DNA of 63,436 nucleotides, filler included, from Vezdaea acicularis (lineage: Eukaryota): NCBI GenBank assembly GCA_026025075.1. It is 7 parts of 7 records of this genome, joined end to end, with 100 filler letters (N's around TTAATTAATTAA, not from the genome) between each part and the next. Parts side by side here need not be neighbours in the genome. Positions count along the whole stretch, not along the records: positions 60,521 to 63,436 come from JAPEUI010000312.1; 6 more parts are not named here. The stretch is one strand, 5' to 3'. Positions within the stretch are counted from its first letter, which is position 1, and the number at the start of each line of letters is the position of its first letter. The translations under genes and the position numbers were made by a program. Shown one piece after another: positions 60,521 through 63,436 of this stretch. The notes beneath the pieces are model-generated. The model was given only the letters and a program-made list of their open reading frames with translations, was not told the origin of the DNA and ran no database searches.

Positions 60521-60902
60521 AAGCGCTTGCTGCTCTCTAGCCGACGGTGGCAGATGGCTCCGTGGCTTTTCGGATAGGTGGTGGAAGGGCCACCGTCCGG
60601 CTTCGGTTGAAGGTGCTCGCTTACCAAAAACCGCATGCTAAGGGTGACCTTGGGGGCTGGTTTTGCACGTGCAAACTCATCTCATCCAATCTCATAGTCA
60701 CGGCAAATTCCGGCCCTTGCTGTAATACTGTACTTAATGTTGGCAAAAGTTGGAACGTCATTTAAATTAGAAAGGTACTTTTGGAACTGGATAGTATCGA
60801 TACAGATGAAAATTACACCAAGAAAGTAAGAGGCCCAACTAGGTATGCGATGCCCCCCATCCATGTTGCATTGCTAGATTAGAATTCTCCCATCATACTT
60901 CA

Positions 60903-63188
60903 TTATATGAACGAGTTCATGCCGTTGGTCTGCACATCAAAGATCTCGTTTCTCCATCCACGTGTTGCATTGTCGTCGACTACCTCTCCAGCTCTCGCTG
61001 CTTCCTCGTTCCACAGTTTTACCACGCTGCCGGGAGCATACACACCAGAGAATATGCCTTTGCTCGGTGTGACTCCGACGCTTGTATAAAGATCTGGATC
61101 TTCTTCCGGTGTCAAACGCGTGATGATAGCCTTGACAAATGTACGGATGTCTTGTGGATCTGAGATTCGGGTTGCTCGAAGTCGCTCGCGAGCAAAGAGC
61201 AACTCCCGGTTTGCGGCGTGCAGCCCATCAGCGATGGCATTGGCCAGTTGTCTCTCCATTACCTTGCGGATGATAGGGCGAAGAATGGGCTTGAAAATCC
61301 AGGCAAGGCAAGCAAACTTAGACTTCCGAAGCGAATAACTCAAGTGATGAATGTGAACTCGCACAGATTTAAGAGTGAGAATTTTCTCGAGGCGTTCCTT
61401 GCCTACCTCCACGTCAATGTGGATATCAATTCCACGGTCATCGACCTCAAAAGAAGCAATTCCCTCATCTGCTAGTCGGAAGATTCCCGAATGAGCTCGA
61501 AGCCAGAATCCAATCTCGTCAGCTCGCATCGAAAGACCATCCATTTTGATAGTGACAAAGCTCGCCACGTTAGAGACTGTGTTAAATTTCGCTTTGCGGA
61601 TTTCAAGATCGTTCTTCGTCTCCACGCGTAATCTGAATGGCAAGAATGATGAGTTGTTGACATTTCGGCCTGGTTCAAGGATGAGATTCTCGAGAAGGAG
61701 ATCGATCTCGGGTACCGAGACTTCTAGTCGTGGAATTGGGACATATTGTATAGCCTTGATCAGAAGAGGGATGAACACTTGGAAAGAATCATTGATCAGT
61801 TCGGTATTTGTCATTGCATTGACCGGAGAGAGGAGGTTGAAAATCTGCGAGGTCGTTGCAAGGAGCTTCGAGACGTCAACGTCATTCCAAACAGAGTCAA
61901 GTGTGATCTTGGACTGCGTGAGTAGCGCTTCGACGTCCTTCCTAAGAGGCGAATTATTGCCGACGTCTTGAGTCTTTCTACGAAGTTCCTGAACTTTGTC
62001 GCCAGCATTATCGAAGAATTCGGGATCCGTGAGAAGCCTCTGCAAAGATGTCGCGACTTCGCCCATAAGACTTTCAAACTCTGGGTCCGACTGAGAGTGC
62101 TTCATGACCGTATTAAACCTATCCTCGAGCTTCTCCCATTCGTCATGGTCCCCAAAGGAACTCATCAGAGACCAGAATTCCTTCACAGCTCTGTCGAGTT
62201 CTTCATTTGTGCTCAGATCATCTTGAAGGGTTCCAATGGTCTGGTCAGCGGCACGGGAGTAGACCTTAGCGTAGCGTTGCAGGAGTAGTCCTATAGTAGA
62301 GACGGAGTCAGAATAATCATTCCGCTTCCGAAGCTTAATGACGGCCTGCTTTAGCCGGTATAGTAGAGTCTCCTTCTGCTGGCCAGACACATTATCGACC
62401 AGGCTCAACTTTGCCTCTTGCCCCGTTTTCGCTACGCCGTCAGCTACGACTTTCGAAATCTCAGTGATCTCCCCGTTAAGATCATCTGCTGAAGGTGGGG
62501 GGCCTTCCTCGGAGCCTGGCTCCTTGATTGCCCGGGAATCTTGCTCAGAGGGTTCTATCTGTTTCCCTGCTTCCTTTGCAACGTCTGATACGGTATTGGC
62601 AGTGTCGGCGAAGACCTGTCGTCCAATTATATTCAAGTCTGAAAGGAAAAGTCGGAAGTCGGAGTTGGTCAAGAGCAAGGTGCCAACAGTTCTAAGGCTT
62701 TCATATGCTGTTATGAATATTAGCAACGAGTGCAAAGAGCACGTGCAGAGCTGCCGCCTACCTGCTGAGGCATCTGCCTTGACTCTAACGGAAGACGCCG
62801 TCCTAGCCAGGTCTTCAACATCTAACGACACCTTCGACTTGGACATGAACCAAATAAAGTCTTGAATCTGATCCTTGTCATTCTTGTTTCGTAAAAGCTC
62901 GATGAACTCTGTGACCCAATTCCTTGAGTACTTAAGCAAGAGGCGTCCAGAGTCACTAAGCTCGGGGTTCGTTGCATTCAAAACATCTGACGCGAGTATA
63001 GTTCTTAGATTGATGATAACTTGCTCATTCGAGGGCATGTACAGCTTGGAAAGAGCTCTTAGCATCTGATATGAGTGCAGCTTCTGATGCACCCGCCTTT
63101 GTAAGGCCGTATCATCCTCATATTGGGGAAGCAATGGATCAGTATCATCGCCTCTGCGAGACTTTCTATTACCGAAGCAGGACGACAT
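60903..63188 (-). CDS. TULIP/BPI-like (DUF4449-type) lipid-binding-fold protein
   Basis: 761-codon ORF including a likely 54-nt in-frame intron (62761-62708). Motifs MPSNEQ, LLLTNSDFRLFLSDL, YVPIPRLE…DLLLENL, FRLADEGIASF, and KSKFACLAWIFKP. Confidence 0.85.
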   Translation of the reverse strand: MSSCFGNRKSRRGDDTDPLLPQYEDDTALQRRVHQKLHSYQMLRALSKLYMPSNEQVIINLRTILASDVLNATNPELSDSGRLLLKYSRNWVTEFIELLRNKNDKDQIQDFIWFMSKSKVSLDVEDLARTASSVRVKADASAGRRQLCTCSLHSLLIFITAYESLRTVGTLLLTNSDFRLFLSDLNIIGRQVFADTANTVSDVAKEAGKQIEPSEQDSRAIKEPGSEEGPPPSADDLNGEITEISKVVADGVAKTGQEAKLSLVDNVSGQQKETLLYRLKQAVIKLRKRNDYSDSVSTIGLLLQRYAKVYSRAADQTIGTLQDDLSTNEELDRAVKEFWSLMSSFGDHDEWEKLEDRFNTVMKHSQSDPEFESLMGEVATSLQRLLTDPEFFDNAGDKVQELRRKTQDVGNNSPLRKDVEALLTQSKITLDSVWNDVDVSKLLATTSQIFNLLSPVNAMTNTELINDSFQVFIPLLIKAIQYVPIPRLEVSVPEIDLLLENLILEPGRNVNNSSFLPFRLRVETKNDLEIRKAKFNTVSNVASFVTIKMDGLSMRADEIGFWLRAHSGIFRLADEGIASFEVDDRGIDIHIDVEVGKERLEKILTLKSVRVHIHHLSYSLRKSKFACLAWIFKPILRPIIRKVMERQLANAIADGLHAANRELLFARERLRATRISDPQDIRTFVKAIITRLTPEEDPDLYTSVGVTPSKGIFSGVYAPGSVVKLWNEEAARAGEVVDDNATRGWRNEIFDVQTNGMNSFI

Positions 63189-63436
63189 GGCTATGAGTAT
63201 GAGATGCGTCTTTCATCTAAAACTATCAATAGTGGTTAAATTAAGGAGGTAAACCCATAATGTACCCCGCATTTTCAGTGGTCAATGAGCAGGTTTCAAC
63301 ATTGCGTGCCTTAGTAGTTCCATGGCGACCACATCACTACGTCAGTTCTCGATCATAGCTCAGAAATAGCCGCATGGTTCTTGCAGGGAGTTTTCTGACC
63401 ACGTGAAGCAAATGCGATGGATTTGTTCGTATTGAG

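Overview
Eukaryotic DNA from a filamentous ascomycete (Pezizomycotina-type genes, short GT-AG introns with CTRAY branch points). The window is not one locus. It is seven contigs joined by artificial 100-nt spacers (N44-TTAATTAATTAA-N44), and the five complete contigs fall in decreasing length order, so synteny holds only within a contig. Recognisable genes: a SesB-like alpha/beta-hydrolase + NB-ARC (NLR-like) gene, the 3' end of UNC-50/GMH1, ArgRS, a velvet-like protein, an F-box-like/LRR protein, RAD9, ATS1/KTI13, RPS16, the 3' end of AAR2, an Mto2/Spa18-like protein, two C2H2 transcription factors, MOD5, RCE1, the 5' part of APC2 and a TULIP/BPI-like protein. Most notable observations: (1) splice signals that would let the NLR-like gene make either a free hydrolase or the hydrolase-NB-ARC fusion; (2) two gene-like frames each broken by one in-frame TAG where Trp would fit, candidates for A-to-I stop correction or for RIP/point-mutation damage; (3) a 490-nt, strongly base-paired intron in the LRR gene; (4) a 255-bp MITE with perfect 31-bp TIRs and a 3-bp TSD; (5) a degenerate ~142-bp tandem array upstream of one of the TAG-interrupted genes. 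All family assignments are from motif recognition by eye; no searches were run.
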